Part shown: in pieces, positions 1 through 13,090 of the stretch
Position numbering within the stretch: position 1 is the first letter of the stretch
Layout: every line of letters starts with the position of its first letter
Source: Neophaeotheca triangularis
Lineage: Eukaryota
Direction: 5' to 3'
NCBI GenBank assembly: GCA_054600435.1
Contig: BAAIJX010000006.1
Coordinates: forward strand, 372,001 to 436,000
Length of the DNA: 64,000 nucleotides
The notes under the pieces: model-generated
The model's input: only the letters and a program-made list of their open reading frames with translations
What the model was told of the DNA's origin: nothing
Databases searched by the model: none
Translations under genes and position numbers: made by a program

Positions 1-727
1 AGCTGTGCTCAGCCACCACCCCTCCTACCCAGGGGCAGAAGTGGTCCATCATAGCACAGCACCGGCCGACATCGGAGCAGTGATGACTTCGGTCTGGCTT
101 CCAAATGTGACAGGTATTGCACCATTCCGGTAGTCCGTTTGGATCGCACACGAATACATCCTTTGAATAGAAGGCCTCAAGTCCGGGCGGAGGCGGCACT
201 CGGCCTTGGAATATGCCCTCTCTGTCCAGCGATGGTCGCCTCTTCCCACCAGCTTTGTCCTGTCCCAAGCCATCAGATGTCTCGGAGCTGCGGTCTGCGA
301 TAGTCGTCGGGGTGCAAGAGCGCGTTATGATAGTCCGATGCTGACCCTCCTCGTCTCTGCCTTCAGCAATGTAGGTATCCTGCCCGGAAGGAATGTAGCT
401 CTTGTTGTCAACAGCGGCGGTCATGAGCAGTCGCAGGTACGTGACGGCCATGGGAATGAGCAGAGCGACCGTGGCTATAGGTATGGCGATGCCAGTAGCG
501 ACACGCTCCTCCACATTCGCCGAGCTGGGGGTATTTATCAGGTAGTTGACTAGGAGCCCCTGATTAGCCTTGAAATGCCTTCAACTTCTTGCTAGACGGG
601 GACACTTACTACATAGCGGATGTATGATGACCCAACAGGCATACGCGACTATGCATACTAGAAAGGCGGGTATGAATCTGCTAACTCCCTTGTTGATGGC
701 CTGCCGCCGGCGCAGCTCGCTATCCAT
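1..727 (-). CDS. PFA5: DHHC-family palmitoyltransferase, Pfa5-like (5' part; runs off the window start)
   Basis: Not in the ORF track. ATG at 727 ([32 protein letters not shown]), intron ~550-609 (GTAAGT..CTAG), TM segments, then [58 protein letters not shown], a Cys-rich DHHC domain with the DHFC variant. Confidence 0.88.
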
Positions 728-2916
728 GCCGGCGAATTTGAGATCATTGTTGGCTCATGAGTGCTCTGAGCGAAGAGGCGCACTGGTGTAGGTGTTAGCA
801 GCACTTTGAGCGAGAAGTGTGGGCAAGCGAAGTTGTTCCTTGGATCAATATTACTCGACGAGGTGTTGTTGACGGCAAGGCTGGAAGTACTACCTTGCTA
901 GTACCTGGTAGTAGTCTCCATGAATCTGCAGGGTGTGCCACGATTCGACGACATGACGTGCCGCTCTAGCAACCGGCGAAACTTCCGATAGCCGAGACTC
1001 TAGGGTTGTCTTTCAGGGTTACCTTAACACCTTTCGTAACTCCTACCTATCTCCTACTTGGAATCGACAACGAGCGTCGTATGTACACTTCGGCATGCTT
1101 CTTCACGGCATTTAGAGGTGCCTCTGCGCGAGCAGCGATGGCGACGGCGGTGGCGATGACAAGCGGTGGCGAGATTTACGAACCTGAAGCTCATCGTAGC
1201 CCTTAGCAAGAGATAGCAAACCAATACCCTAACAATTCCTCGTTGTTCTGCGCAGATAAAAAGAGCATACTTAGGTTCGATTTCATCTCTCGAGACGTTA
1301 GTGAACAGAGCTAAACAAACCCTACCAGTAGCCTCACCATCTTTAAGCAAGCACTCAGTCACGTATATCGCTGCCTACTAAAGAGCTCTTTTGACAACAG
1401 CAGCAGCAGCAGATGCCGGAGGTTGTACGGTCTCGACCTCGATTTCTCGCCGGCATTTTCCTTCCGCATAGCCCTCTAAACCACTGGTGCTGCATCAGAT
1501 CCGCAGACATCTCGATATTCCCTAGCCTCAAGGGCGTAAAGCGCATCTCTTATCTCGTACAGCCGTAGAAAAGACCGTGATCGAGCTCGGAAGCTGAGCA
1601 ATCAAGGGATAAGACGCTCTCGCCTGTATGATTACTCTCCTGGAGATCAGATGAAATGGGACGACATCCTACTAATGACCCGAGAACTGATCCGCATTTC
1701 GCTTCAAATTGGGAACTTTTATTCACGGCCAGCGCAGTTGCCTAATCAGTCTGCAATCACCACCACTTGCGACTGTTGTATCGGCATTATCATCGACAGC
1801 TCTGCCCCATGCTGTCAGTGATGCGTGAACACAGAATTTAAAAATGGTAAATTCGATGTCGATTTTACCATCCCGGATAGGTTTGAATAATACAAAAGGG
1901 CCGAATGCTGCATCACTAGAACTCTGAAGCCTAGGAGGTCATGAGAAGACAGCAGGACTAGCTCTCGGTCGGTTGAAGGTCACGACGGCTTTCGTCAAAT
2001 ACAGCAATGAAACGATCTTTGCCACGCTATGTTTTCGGCCTACCCACCGCCAGCTTTTTGAGACAGCCGTCCGTTGAGATGCTGGTCCGGGAAAGCAGGG
2101 CACCGTCAATCGCAATAATGGGTTAAGAGCTGATCAACACTTACGGTGTTGCAATGGCGTCCGCTTTGTGATGTTCTAGTGCGTCGTCCCTGAACTCTGG
2201 CCTTGCATGATGAAATGTAAACGAATCCAATCGTATTACTGGAAAATCGGATCTTCCCTTTTCTGCTTCCTCAACGAATCGAACCCAGGTATAAGTTAGT
2301 AGCAATTTTTTGACTGAAGCGTGTCCCAAGCTTGGCAAGCTTTTGTTCTTTTTCCCGGAGAATCATACAACCCATCTGAGCCCACCTTACTCAGTGATGC
2401 ATCAAGGTGCTGATGCATTGACGCGTTGCTCATAGCAGTGACATGCTTAATAGATAGGGATCGGAGAATGCAGTTATTAGGCGGCAACAGTCTTTGGGAC
2501 TACCGTATTCTCTGCTATGGCCTCTGAGCACCGTTCGAGGATTGACCATGAAACATCTCAACCGGCCACAAGGTGCGACTGCTTCATCGACCCGCTCATG
2601 ATCGACAAATCTGCGGAGTGAAGCCCGGCTCGAGAGGTATTCCGACGGCGATAGTTTGTCAGGTGCCTATCGCATTCATATAATGGGGCGGTCGGAAATG
2701 GAAATGTCACTCAAAAGGGTCTCAAGATCGACAATGCCTTTGTTCATGATCAGTTTTAGGACGTTACCGACGAAAAAATCAGCGACAGGAGGTGCCCGGA
2801 CGAAATTATACATCAAGTCGTCCCTTCAATGTCCTGAGAATACTTCTGTGCACTCGATCATCCAGCCTCGACTTCTTATTTATCACTACTTGTCTTCTCG
2901 TTCCCCCAACGTTAGG

Positions 2917-3582
2917 ATGAAGGCTTCGACGATTCTGCTAGGCTTGACAGCTCTGGCTGCGGCATTTTGAGCCGCCGTGACGGGTGGACTGAAGCTTCCC
3001 AAGGAGGACTTGCTTAACAAGCTTTCCGCGGAGGAACTCCTCGACAAGTTCAACGTGGAAGGCGTCTCATACGAGGACCTCGAGAAGCGCTAGGGCCCGC
3101 TGGACACTCTCACTGGCACTGTCAGCGGCCTTCTTAGTTCCATTGCTTAGAATATCAACCCCAGCAACAAGTGCCCTGAGCCTGGCTTCGAGTTGCAATC
3201 TCCAGGTCCTGGAGACAGTCGTGGCCCTTGCCCTGGTATGTGGTAGTCCGTATGAATCGAAAGGAGCCTGACTTTCTTTCAGGCCTCAACCTCCTCGTCA
3301 ACCACGGCTACCTTCCCCGCAACGGCAGAGTCACCTCTGGCCAAGTTCTTGAAGCAACCGCAGGTGGGTCCGACATGGGAATCTGACCTTGCAACGGTCC
3401 ATGTCGTCTTCGCCATGCTTATAGATGGCGAAATGGTAACTCAAGAGTGGAACTTAGGCGCCGGGACAGACAACTTTGGTGGTCTGAACGGCCACAGCAC
3501 CGTCGAGGCCGATATCTCGCCCAACTTTGTTTACGATAAGCTTTACTTCACTGAGGCGGCGCCTGTTAACCCGAGTTGCTAG
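2917..3582 (+). pseudogene. Heme-thiolate peroxidase / unspecific peroxygenase (chloroperoxidase family) pseudogene
   Basis: Signal peptide MKASTILLGLTALAAAF. Heme-ligand motif DSRGPCPG|LNLLVNHGYLPRNG spans intron 3236-3282, followed by GGLNGHSTVEADISPN. In-frame stops at 2968 (TGA), 3091 (TAG) and 3148 (TAG), a +1 frameshift near 3380, and recognisable homology is lost after ~3526. Confidence 0.85.
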
Positions 3583-5418
3583 CCTGAGAGCCCTTCTTAG
3601 AGAGCAAGCGAAAGAGAGTTGTTAGGTGAAGGGAGTGGGAGCGGAAAGCATTTTTAGAACATGTCTAAAGCTTTTTGCTCTTCGTGTGGTACAGGGAAAA
3701 GGAAGCGTTCCCATTCTTAACACATTGCAGCGTAATCGCCTACCGTAGAAACATTGGAAGAAACCCTCTCACCATGCTGTGGAGGAACTGAGGGCATCGT
3801 TGTCGTCCTAAGCTCCTCCCGCTTACTATTCATTATTATGTCTCCCAGGCCACAAGGAGTGGCCGAAGCCTGACGTCGCTGGCAAACCTCAGTCTCGCTT
3901 TCTCGTGCTGTTTAGTTCGCTGCTCGTGGACTGTTTGGTTGTGGCGATAAGTACAACGAGAAAGAAGGAAGAAAACAGACCATCTACCTTGCAACAACCT
4001 GCGGTTTGATCCTGCAACAATCGATCGCCATCGTCGCCGAGCATCCAAGATCAAGTCTGTAACGTAAGGTAGTTTCTATACCCCAGCTCGAGCCTTCTCC
4101 GCAATATCATTGTAGTGGCAGTGGTGGAGACGGTTGCGTGTTCCACGTAGGACCCATAATCGGCAGACAGACCTATCCATGGATGTCTTGAGCCGACATT
4201 GGGCTGAACTCTGGCCTCCGCTTTCTTTTTTTTGGGTTCACGGGGTTGATTGAACGTCGTCGTCACGTGGTGGTGTTAATTTCGGGCGAGAGGTGGTGAG
4301 CGCCTCATGCCAAATCCCGATATATAGATACTTGACGCCTGCCCGTTTGTGTGTGGATGTGGAAGAGTACGGTACGATATGGTATAAGGGTGTGCGTGGA
4401 TGGGAAATTGCAGCGTTAAGAGTTCAGGGGGGCCAGACTTGTTTCATCTACTAGGCCCCGCCCCGGGGCTTGAAGCGTCGGCGGGCCGTTTTCAAGCGCT
4501 TGGCTTCGTTACGGAGCCAGCGTAGCTTTTGGCTGGCTCGCAGCCGCGCCTGTCTATGCGCGCCTCTAAGTTACCTGGTAGGTACCTTACCCTCTGCACT
4601 CTGCTACGCGGGATTCTTTGACAAGATCCAATACTTTACTTTACCACGCACGATCCTAATAGGACCACGCCAATATCAATCTGGAAGCCGCCTGCACTGC
4701 CCGCCGCAGATCTGGGGAGCTGATTTGACGAGGCTCGTCTTGTTCGACTCCATCGCACTGACTACTGCGCAACCTGCCCATCGCCCTCGCCATTCATCAC
4801 CGCCTGATACTACTCCCGCACGCACTCCACTACATACATACCTTACCTTACCGTACCCACTTCCGCCTGTCATCGACTCATCCCCCTTGACGAGCAGCGA
4901 GTGCCTGCGACTGCGATACACACGCTCCCGCCGACAAGCGCCGCCCAGTCAGTGACCTCGTTCCATCTGCCGCACCCTACCGCTTCTTCCCGTGCTTGGT
5001 CGTGCCACCTGACGAGAACAGCCCGCACACTGTCACTGTGCAGTCGTCGCCATCTGGGCGCAAGCAAAGTCCTTTACACATCCAACATACCACATTTGCT
5101 ACGGTACCCGCCAACAACAAGCATTCACAATACCTTGATCCGCCTTTTTCTTCTCTGCTACGAGCAGCACGTGCCTTACAACCCTACAACGACCACATAC
5201 GCGGCTGAGCCGTATACACCTTTGCTGCCCGCTTGACGCGCGCCTTCAATTTCACGACCCCCCCACACTCGTTTGATACCCATCAGGACTCGAAGACCAC
5301 AGCAGTGGCCCGATACGAAGAACGGTCACGCAACCATACCCTGAAGATTATACCCGTCTTAGGCACGTAATACTAGCGATACCCCCCGGCCTCGCTCTAC
5401 CCATCCGACGATCATCAC

Positions 5419-6551
5419 ATGCCATCCCATACCACAGCCGGCTCGCCTTCTCTCCGCAAGATGGACATGCATACGGGTCGCTATGGCGGCGGCAAAAAGT
5501 TCAGTTTCTCACACATAGTAGGGGATCCCTTCCCGCTGGCGACAATAGGGATAGCATTGGTAAGACAATAGCTTTTTAGAAAGACTGCGCAAGAGATGAA
5601 GTTGGCTGACATGTCGTGATTGTAGTGCGGTTGGCTCATAGCTTTCATCTCCTCCATCATTGCCGACCTCGACGCTGATTATCCCAACTTCGCCTGGTGG
5701 TCGCTGGCCTACATGTTTTGCGTCATTCTGGGTGTTATAGTAGCTGTGGGCAGCGATTCTGTACACACCTTCCACGTCGCGATGGTGGGGTTTTTGGCCG
5801 CAGGCTTGGTCTTTACCACAAGTTCCGTCAACTCTCTCATCTACTGGTCCGATCCAGCAAAGGAAGCAGCGGCTGCAGGCTTCATCCTCTTGTCGATGGT
5901 TTCGGTACGTGAAGTCCGCGTGCATCCCAATCGCGTTTGCCCAATCACTAACAGCATTACCAGATTGTTTGGATCTTCTACTACGGTTCACAACCCACCG
6001 CCTCTCACCGCCGCACCATGGACTCCTTCGCCCTCCACCGCGATCGCGCCCCCTCCCGTAGCAGCAAACACATGACCCAAGCCTACTCCAATCACACAGG
6101 CACGCGGCCCGAGACCACCCATTCCGGCCCCCAACACCAGATGTACAACTCCTCAGCGCTCGCAGGCTTTGAGACCTCCTCCCCAGTAACTGGCTACCCA
6201 GGCGGCGCCGCCGGGCAACAAAACCGCGACTCGCTCTCGCGCTTCCCCCAACCCACCCAAAACCAACAACAGTCCTCGTATCAAAACCAGAACCCCCAGC
6301 AATTACAACAACCCAACGCCAATATGGGCATGCCCGGCAACCACGACTCGACCATCTCTGCCCCGGAAGCCTACCCTTACCGCGCAAAAGCCATTTACAG
6401 CTATGAAGCCAACCCCGACGACGCCAACGAGATCTCCTTCACCAAGCACGAAGTCCTCGAAGTCAGCGATGTGAGCGGCAGATGGTGGCAAGCGAGGAAG
6501 GAATCGGGCGAGACAGGGATTGCGCCGAGTAATTACTTGATCCTGCTGTGA
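5419..6551 (+). CDS. SHO1: High-osmolarity signalling osmosensor Sho1 (4 TM + SH3)
   Basis: [15 protein letters not shown]...[13 protein letters not shown]; introns 5560-5625 and 5905-5963; [22 protein letters not shown]-terminal SH3 [21 protein letters not shown]...[11 protein letters not shown]. Confidence 0.96.
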
Positions 6552-7240
6552 TGGGATGTCCATCGGGTCTAAGGTTATGTTTTTCTTTCTGGCAGGGCGT
6601 TCATAGGGATTCCCTCTGTTACTACTCCGCTGTGCCGTGTGTATGGGCTCGAACTTTTCCACTCTCGATTTTCTCGTTCTTGATCTTAGCGAGGGTCTTG
6701 GCATTCGGGAGTCTCTAGCAATGGCGATGGCGATGGAGATTGAAAACTCATTCGTGTTTTCTCTCCTTTTCTCAAGGGAGTGGTTCTGGGTTTCTACCTA
6801 CCTTAGATACTAGGTACAACGGGGCGTGAGGCTTTAGGCAGCTCTACGGAGTTTGCCTTTTATTCGAATACTCGGAATTTCCCAACTTGATTTGCGTCCC
6901 TGCTAATTGCCGTAATTTTCTTTACTGTGTTTGGTTCTCGTCTCTGTCTTCGTAAATGAACCGTCGCCTGTCTCTTTTCTTTTTCTCTTGTTTTTCTGGT
7001 CTCACTGCTGGCTGGCCGGCCGGCCGAGCGTCGAGTCCGTGGGGCTGCGCTGCATACTCGCTTCGAAGACGAAACTTTTCCGAGGGTCTGATGTCGTCTC
7101 GCTACTCGAGGCGTTTGCTCGACTCGAGTCTCTTGTTGACTGTTGTTCTTTGGTCTCGATGCCGTTTCGAGGCGAGGGCTAGAACTAAGATTACTTTTTA
7201 AAAGATTATATATCAAAAATTCAATCTGCATGCCATGCCA

Positions 7241-7312
7241 GCGTTCTTGGTCTAGTGGTTAGGATTACTGCCTTCCAAGCAGTAGGGCGGGGTTCGATTC
7301 CCCGAGGACGCA
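7241..7312 (+). tRNA. tRNA-Gly (anticodon TCC), intronless
   Basis: Acceptor stem GCGTTCT/AGGACGC+A; D-arm TGGTCTAGTGGTTAGGA; anticodon stem ACTGC-CTTCCAA-GCAGT; T-loop GGTTCGATTCC; poly-T Pol III terminator immediately downstream. Confidence 0.96.
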
Positions 7313-7952
7313 TCTTTTTTTCTCTTTTTTTTTTCTCTATTAATTTCTCTAGACTTTTCGAGTGTCTTATTCGCCTTTATTTCTAGTAAAACAGTAGCTG
7401 CTTAGTTTCTACTCGTCTCCTGCTCATTTATAGCTTTAAAATGATCTTACGAGGGCGTAAAGCCAGGCTAGACTACTATATAGTATGTATAGGAGACCAT
7501 TCCTTCTTCTAAAACGTAGGTGATCACGCGGGGGGTTTTTTTTGTCAGTATCTTCGATTGCTTGTATCTAGTGTAGAGCATCCCGTTGTTTCCTGAGACA
7601 ATATGTATAATGCGAACCGCGCTGCTTTGCACTGCTTTTTCGGGGCCAATGTATAGGAATTGCCTTTCGCGCACCTCGGGATGTGCTCGGGAAATTCGCG
7701 TTGCGGCTATCCTGGCTTCAATGTGAGCACTTCAGGCTCCCTGCTTCTCGAAAACCTACACATACCGCCAGACGCTGTAGCATGTGGCCTGACAATATCG
7801 CATTATCCCGAAGCCTGACAGTAGGCGGTCTAGGACCCGACTATGTGGGAGATTTCGGTCTTAGAGCTGAAGATCAGGCTGTCTAGGTACTTAAAGCAGG
7901 TAATGGCTCGTCTCGTCTTCTCTTCTTCTTCAAACGTCCACAGTGATTCCAA

Positions 7953-10616
7953 ATGAAGGAAAACGATAGCGAGGAGACACATCCTTCCTCACCTCCTCCA
8001 CCGTATAGAGAAGATGAGGGCAGAAACCCCCCTATTGCCGGGAGCGCCGAAGACGCCGCTCTGAAGGGCAAGTATACTCTCTAGTAAGCATCGAAGCTGC
8101 GGGCCCATACACATATTGACTGCTCAAAGGCGATGGTCGCATCGATATCGATCTAAACTCGCGCCTCAGCAGGACTTTGGCAACACTCATCAAGCCACCT
8201 TCGATCGACAGTCAAATCGCTCCGTCAACTCCGCAGCATGCTCGTTGTACATCACCAGACCAATTCCCTCTTCGACTCAACATCGTCATCCAAGTCGTAG
8301 GCAGTCGAGGAAACGTCCAGCCATTCATTGCTCTCGGTACCGAATTGCAAGATCATGGTCACCGAGTGCGACTGGCCACCCATGGCCGATTCGAAGATTT
8401 CGTGTCTGAATCTGGACTCGAATTTTATCCCATTGGAGGCGATCCCGAGGACCTAATGTCGTACATGGTCAAAAACCCAGGGCTCATTCCAAGCATGCAA
8501 TCTCTACGAGCTGGTGACATCCAGCGCAAGCGGGACATGATTGTGGAGATGCTCGAAGGATGCTGGCGCAGTTGCATTGACCCGGACCCTATCACCGGCA
8601 ATCCCTTTGTCGCGGACGCCATCATCGCCAACCCTCCGAGTTTTGCGCACATTCATTGTGCGGAAGCGCTCGGAATACCGGTTCATCTTGTTTTCACAAT
8701 GCCTTGGAGTGCCACGACGAGCTTCCCGCACCCGCTCGCCAACGTTTCGGGGAAAGCAAAAGGCTCGAACCTCGCGAACTACCTCTCGTACATCCTGGTC
8801 GAGGTTATGACTTGGCAAGGTCTTGGCGACGTGGTTAATCACTGGAGAAGAAGGATAGGTCTGGAGCCGGTGCCGAACACTGAAGGTCCGGTACTGGCAT
8901 CAACACTTAACGTCCCGTTCACATACTGCTGGTCTCCGGCTCTGGTCCCGAGACCGAGAGACTGGCCAGCTCATATCGATGTGTCCGGATTCTTCTTCCG
9001 CAATACCCCAGACTATACCCCACCAAGGGAACTGCAAGCGTTTCTAGACGCTGGACCGCCTCCAGTGTACATTGGCTTCGGTTCAATTGTGCTCGACGAT
9101 GCAACGGAAATGTCTACAATCATTCGAGAGGCTGTTAGTTCTTGTGGGCTGAGGGCCATTGTCTCTCGTGGCTGGAGCCACCTTGACGGGCCAGACGAAT
9201 CAAACATCTTCTATCTCGAAGACTGCCCACACGAGTGGCTATTCCAGCACGTTTCTGCAGTCGTCCACCATGGAGGTGCTGGGACTGCTGCTTGTGGTCT
9301 CCGCAACGCCAGACCAACCGTTGTAGTCCCCTTTTTCGGCGATCAGCCGTTTTGGGGCGACATGATAGCTGCTGCTGGTGCTGGGCCGACTCCAATCCAC
9401 CACAAATCTCTTACAAAAGAGAGCCTGGCTGAAGCTCTCCAGTTTTGCCAAGAAGAGCAAGCCTTAATGGCTGCTGCAGAGATTGCAGATCAGATGAAAG
9501 ACGAGAAAGGCGTCCGTACCGCTGTCCTGTCTTTCTTAAACAACCTTCCGGCGGAGAGGATGCAGTGCGATTACTTGGACGACCAGCCTGCGTCTTGGAC
9601 ATTGAAAATTGGTGGTAAACAAACCAAGATCTCTCGGGCTGCAGCTGAAATTCTAACGCGAGAAGAAGGGGTTGATAAGAGGAATTTCAAGGTGTAAGTT
9701 CCGACTACGTCTCGTTGCTTTTGCATTCAACTAAGACACTCGCAGCCACCGGACTAATCCAATAGTAATCGAGAATCGACGCTGGGATCCCGCAACGGGG
9801 TTAGCATCAGGGATCATGGGAACCGGTACAGATGTGGTTGGGGCCATAGGAGACGTTTTCCTTCGCCCGGCCGAAGAATATAAGCGCGGTCGCAGCCGTA
9901 GCGCCGCCCCCAACGGCAAGCGCGCCAGCGGCGACAGCAACATCAAAAGTACACCACAAAGCCGGCAACAGACCCCTAGACCCAGCACCGATTCCAGCCC
10001 CGTAGGCCAGGGCATTGATCCCGCCTCCCTTGCTGAGCTCAACATTGACCCTCAAGATCAAGATCGCTACGGCAAGCAAAGCCAAATGGCCATCGCCGGC
10101 TCCATGGCGCTCACCTCGGGCAAATCATTAAGCAAAATCGTTCCCACCATGTACAAAGGCTTCTTGGTCGACTGGCCGCTCGCCGTAACCGAAGGCTTTC
10201 GCGGGATGCCGCGTCTCTGGGGCGAAGAGGTCAAAGACTACGGTAAAGTGACTGATTGGAAATCCGGCGGAGTCGTGGCGGGAAAATCTTTGGTCATGGG
10301 TATCGGCGACGGTTTCAAGGATTTTGCGCAGATGCCGGGTGAGGGCGCGAAGAAGGGGGGTGCGTGGGGTGCTCTGAAGGGCGTGGCGAAGGGGACGGGG
10401 AGTCTGCTTACCAAGACTGTGAGCGGCGGTTTGGGGCTTGTGGCGTATCCTGGTCAGGGGCTTACGAAGACGCTTTGGACGCTTACGCATGGGGAGACGG
10501 GGAAGAAGGTTGCGGAAGCTAGGTGGGCGGAGGGGGTTTGGAAAGCTGAGAGTGTCGGGCAGGGCGGTGTCATGGCTGTTCTTAGGAGCTATCATAATGC
10601 GGGCCACAGAGAGTGA
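7953..10616 (+). CDS. UDP-glucose:sterol glucosyltransferase-like protein (GT1/Glyco_transf_28, UGT51-type, no PH/GRAM domain)
   Basis: LNIVIQVVGSRGNVQPFIALG, ADAIIANPPSFAHIHCAEAL, PPVYIGFGS, VHHGGAGT..VVPFFGDQPFWG. Predicted GC-AG intron 8068-8129 and GT-AG intron 9694-9745. Confidence 0.9.
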
Positions 10617-11753
10617 GCGTGTGCAATCTCTCATTCAGGCAAAAAAGAAGAGCTACCCGGGTGCACACCAGTTCAGCGTGGGCACAGCCCTCGGCGCCAT
10701 TATCAGCCAACAAGCCTACAACCGAGACTTGCACGAGCTCAAGCAGAAAAAGCTCACACCGTTCGTCCGCCGGGAGGCTTTCAGGTTCTAATCCAGGGAC
10801 GCCGTGGCGTAGATAGCTTCACGCGCGCCTTTTCGACAAGAGGCAACAGATAGGTAAGTGACAAGTCATCTACGTCCCAAACTCGCACAGCAGCAGACGG
10901 GGCGAGAGCGAAATGCAAGACGGAAACGCGAGAGATATGGCGAGAATTTAAAGGGTTTAGGGCGGCTGGTCGCGAGAGAGGGGGGTTCGCGGTCGTTTTC
11001 TCGGGATCGGGAGGAGGAACTGAAGGACCTTGCCTTCGCCGAGTCTAGCTGGAATGCTTGTCGACTTCGAAGGGTCTTGAAAAGTCGGGAGCACAAGTTT
11101 GCCTGGTTCACAGCTGGGCTCTGGACGGGAGTGACGATCTATACGAAGATTCTTTTGCGCTTTGGTTGTAACCTCGTCGATGGTGCTGGCTTAGTACGCA
11201 TCGCGTCATCTTCCACAAAAGCAGCCACTGTACCTACCTAGGTACCTATATAGCTCTCTTGCACGCATCGGCCGCTGAAACAGCCCAAACAGCTCAACGG
11301 ATTACCGCATCCTTTGCTCACGGTAGTCAAGGTATCTCCCGAGCTCGTCTCATATAAGCTACATAGCCGCGTCAACATGTCATTCAAACTCTGCGTTCAG
11401 ACTGTACAACTGCCACCCATGCCCAAGGCATCGTCGCGGCGCCCCTTTTCCCCTTGCCTAGCAATCAATCCAAGCCAGTTTGGTCCCGCTAAATAGAAAG
11501 AGCAGGCCACGCATCAATCTTCGCCCGCAAGCGCCGGAGAAATTTCCAACAACCTTTCTCATCGCTCCCAGAGTCGTTTTAGTGGTCCGCTAAGCCAAGT
11601 CCGTTGTTTTGTGTTGTGAACGCCCAAACGCCTAGCTCGCTGGTAGTATGCAAGTATAGAGGGAGAGATGGCACACGATAGTAGCGGCGATATGTGCACG
11701 GATGCGGGCCGCCGTGATTGGTAGAATATGACCGTACAGCAGACGGAAGCCTT

Positions 11754-13090
11754 CTAAAAGTCTGCGAAAGCGGATTCGTACTTTTCTCTTTGCTCCTGCA
11801 AATGGTGAGACGGTTAGCACACGAGTCCCGCAAGAGGTGACGGAAGAGAGAGGAAAAGAGCGACAACGAACCTTGGTATACTGATCCCGATGCACAGGCT
11901 CTGCCTCATACTCGTCAAAATTCCGCGTATCGTCCGCGCCCTTGAGATGCGGTACAATCGGTCCCTTTTCGCGCTTATTCCACAACTTCGTCCAGTCAAT
12001 CGTCTGGAACCATTCGTGCTGCTTCACTTTCGCGGGACCGCCGGCTACGTTGCCCAAGCGTTTGCTCACGTCTACCGTGCAGAGGCCTTGAATAATATCG
12101 CGAGCAGGCTCGGACATGGCTGAGGGGAAGCGGAGTTTGCCTTCGACAATTTGCTCGTAAATTTTCATGGGATTTTGGTCCCAGAATGGTGGTTGGCCAA
12201 CGAGGAATTCGTAGATGAGGATCCCTAGAGCCCACCAATCGACCGGCATGCCGTGGCCGGTGTTGCGGATGACTTCTGGAGCGAGGTACTCGGGGGTGCC
12301 GCAGAGGGTGTAGGTTTCTCCTGGAGCACGGGGAACATTCTGGTTAGCTGGATTCCTAGCAGAGGGAGCTTAGTGGGTATGGAAAGGGGGACAAACGGTT
12401 CTCGATCTTCTTCGCGAAACCAAAGTCCACCAGCCTCAAATGCCCGTCGGCGTCGATGAGGATGTTCTCGGGTTTCAGATCGCGATACGCCACGCCTTCC
12501 TTCTCGTGCAGAAACTCCAACACCAGCACTATCTCCGCGGCGTAGAACTGGCTCGTGGGCTCGTTGAACCTCCTCGCGCGGCGCAGATATGAAAACACCT
12601 CCCCTCCCGGACAATAATCGAGCAGCATATACAGCGTATCGGCGTCTTGGAAACTCGCCACCATTGTCGTGATAAACGGATGCCCAGCGACAGCCGCAAG
12701 AACATTCCGCTCATTCCTCACATGCTCGACCTGCTTCAGCCTGATAACATCGACCTTGCGCAAAATCTTCAGAGCAAAGATGTTCTTCCCGCTATCCGAG
12801 CCGCCCGTTTTCCGCCCACTCAACCTCGCCAACCAAACGCGCGCGAAAGTCCCCGTTCCCAATGTCTTGAGCAAGTCAAAATCTTCTTTCCGTAGTAATT
12901 TGCTGCTGTGGCCGACGACTTTGTTCTGCGGGTTTACTGCGATTTCCTCTGGTTGCAGCGACTTCTTGCTCTCTTCCCAGCCTTCTAGGCGTTGCTTCTC
13001 ATCTTCGCGCGCAGAGGAGTTTTCTTTGTCGGAGGAGGAGTGGGACATGCGGTGGAGGCGGGAGGTTATGTGATGCATTACTGCGGGCAT
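11754..13090 (-). CDS. cAMP-dependent protein kinase catalytic subunit (second, PkaC2/Cpk2-type isoform)
   Basis: LGTGTFARV, YRDLKPEN, VDFGFAK, ETYTLCGTPEYLAPE, GQPPFWD, ends ...YESAFADF*. Introns 12321-12396 and 11796-11871. Confidence 0.92.

Noticed and set aside
30..60. DHFC instead of DHHC in the palmitoyltransferase
   Set aside because: To my knowledge this is the normal variant in Pfa5-type proteins of filamentous fungi, not a defect.
2130..2490. Two overlapping short minus-strand ORFs ending at a GTAAGT donor, a possible gene relic
   Set aside because: No recognisable motif, so it cannot be told from chance.
2968..3150. Stop-codon reassignment as an explanation for the stops in the peroxidase
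   Set aside because: Other genes here terminate at TAG, TGA and TAA normally, and the locus also has a frameshift.
5509..6387. 292-aa minus-strand ORF, and similar long antisense ORFs over ROM2, the P4-ATPase, GH3 and CK1
   Set aside because: Shadow frames of real genes caused by codon bias.
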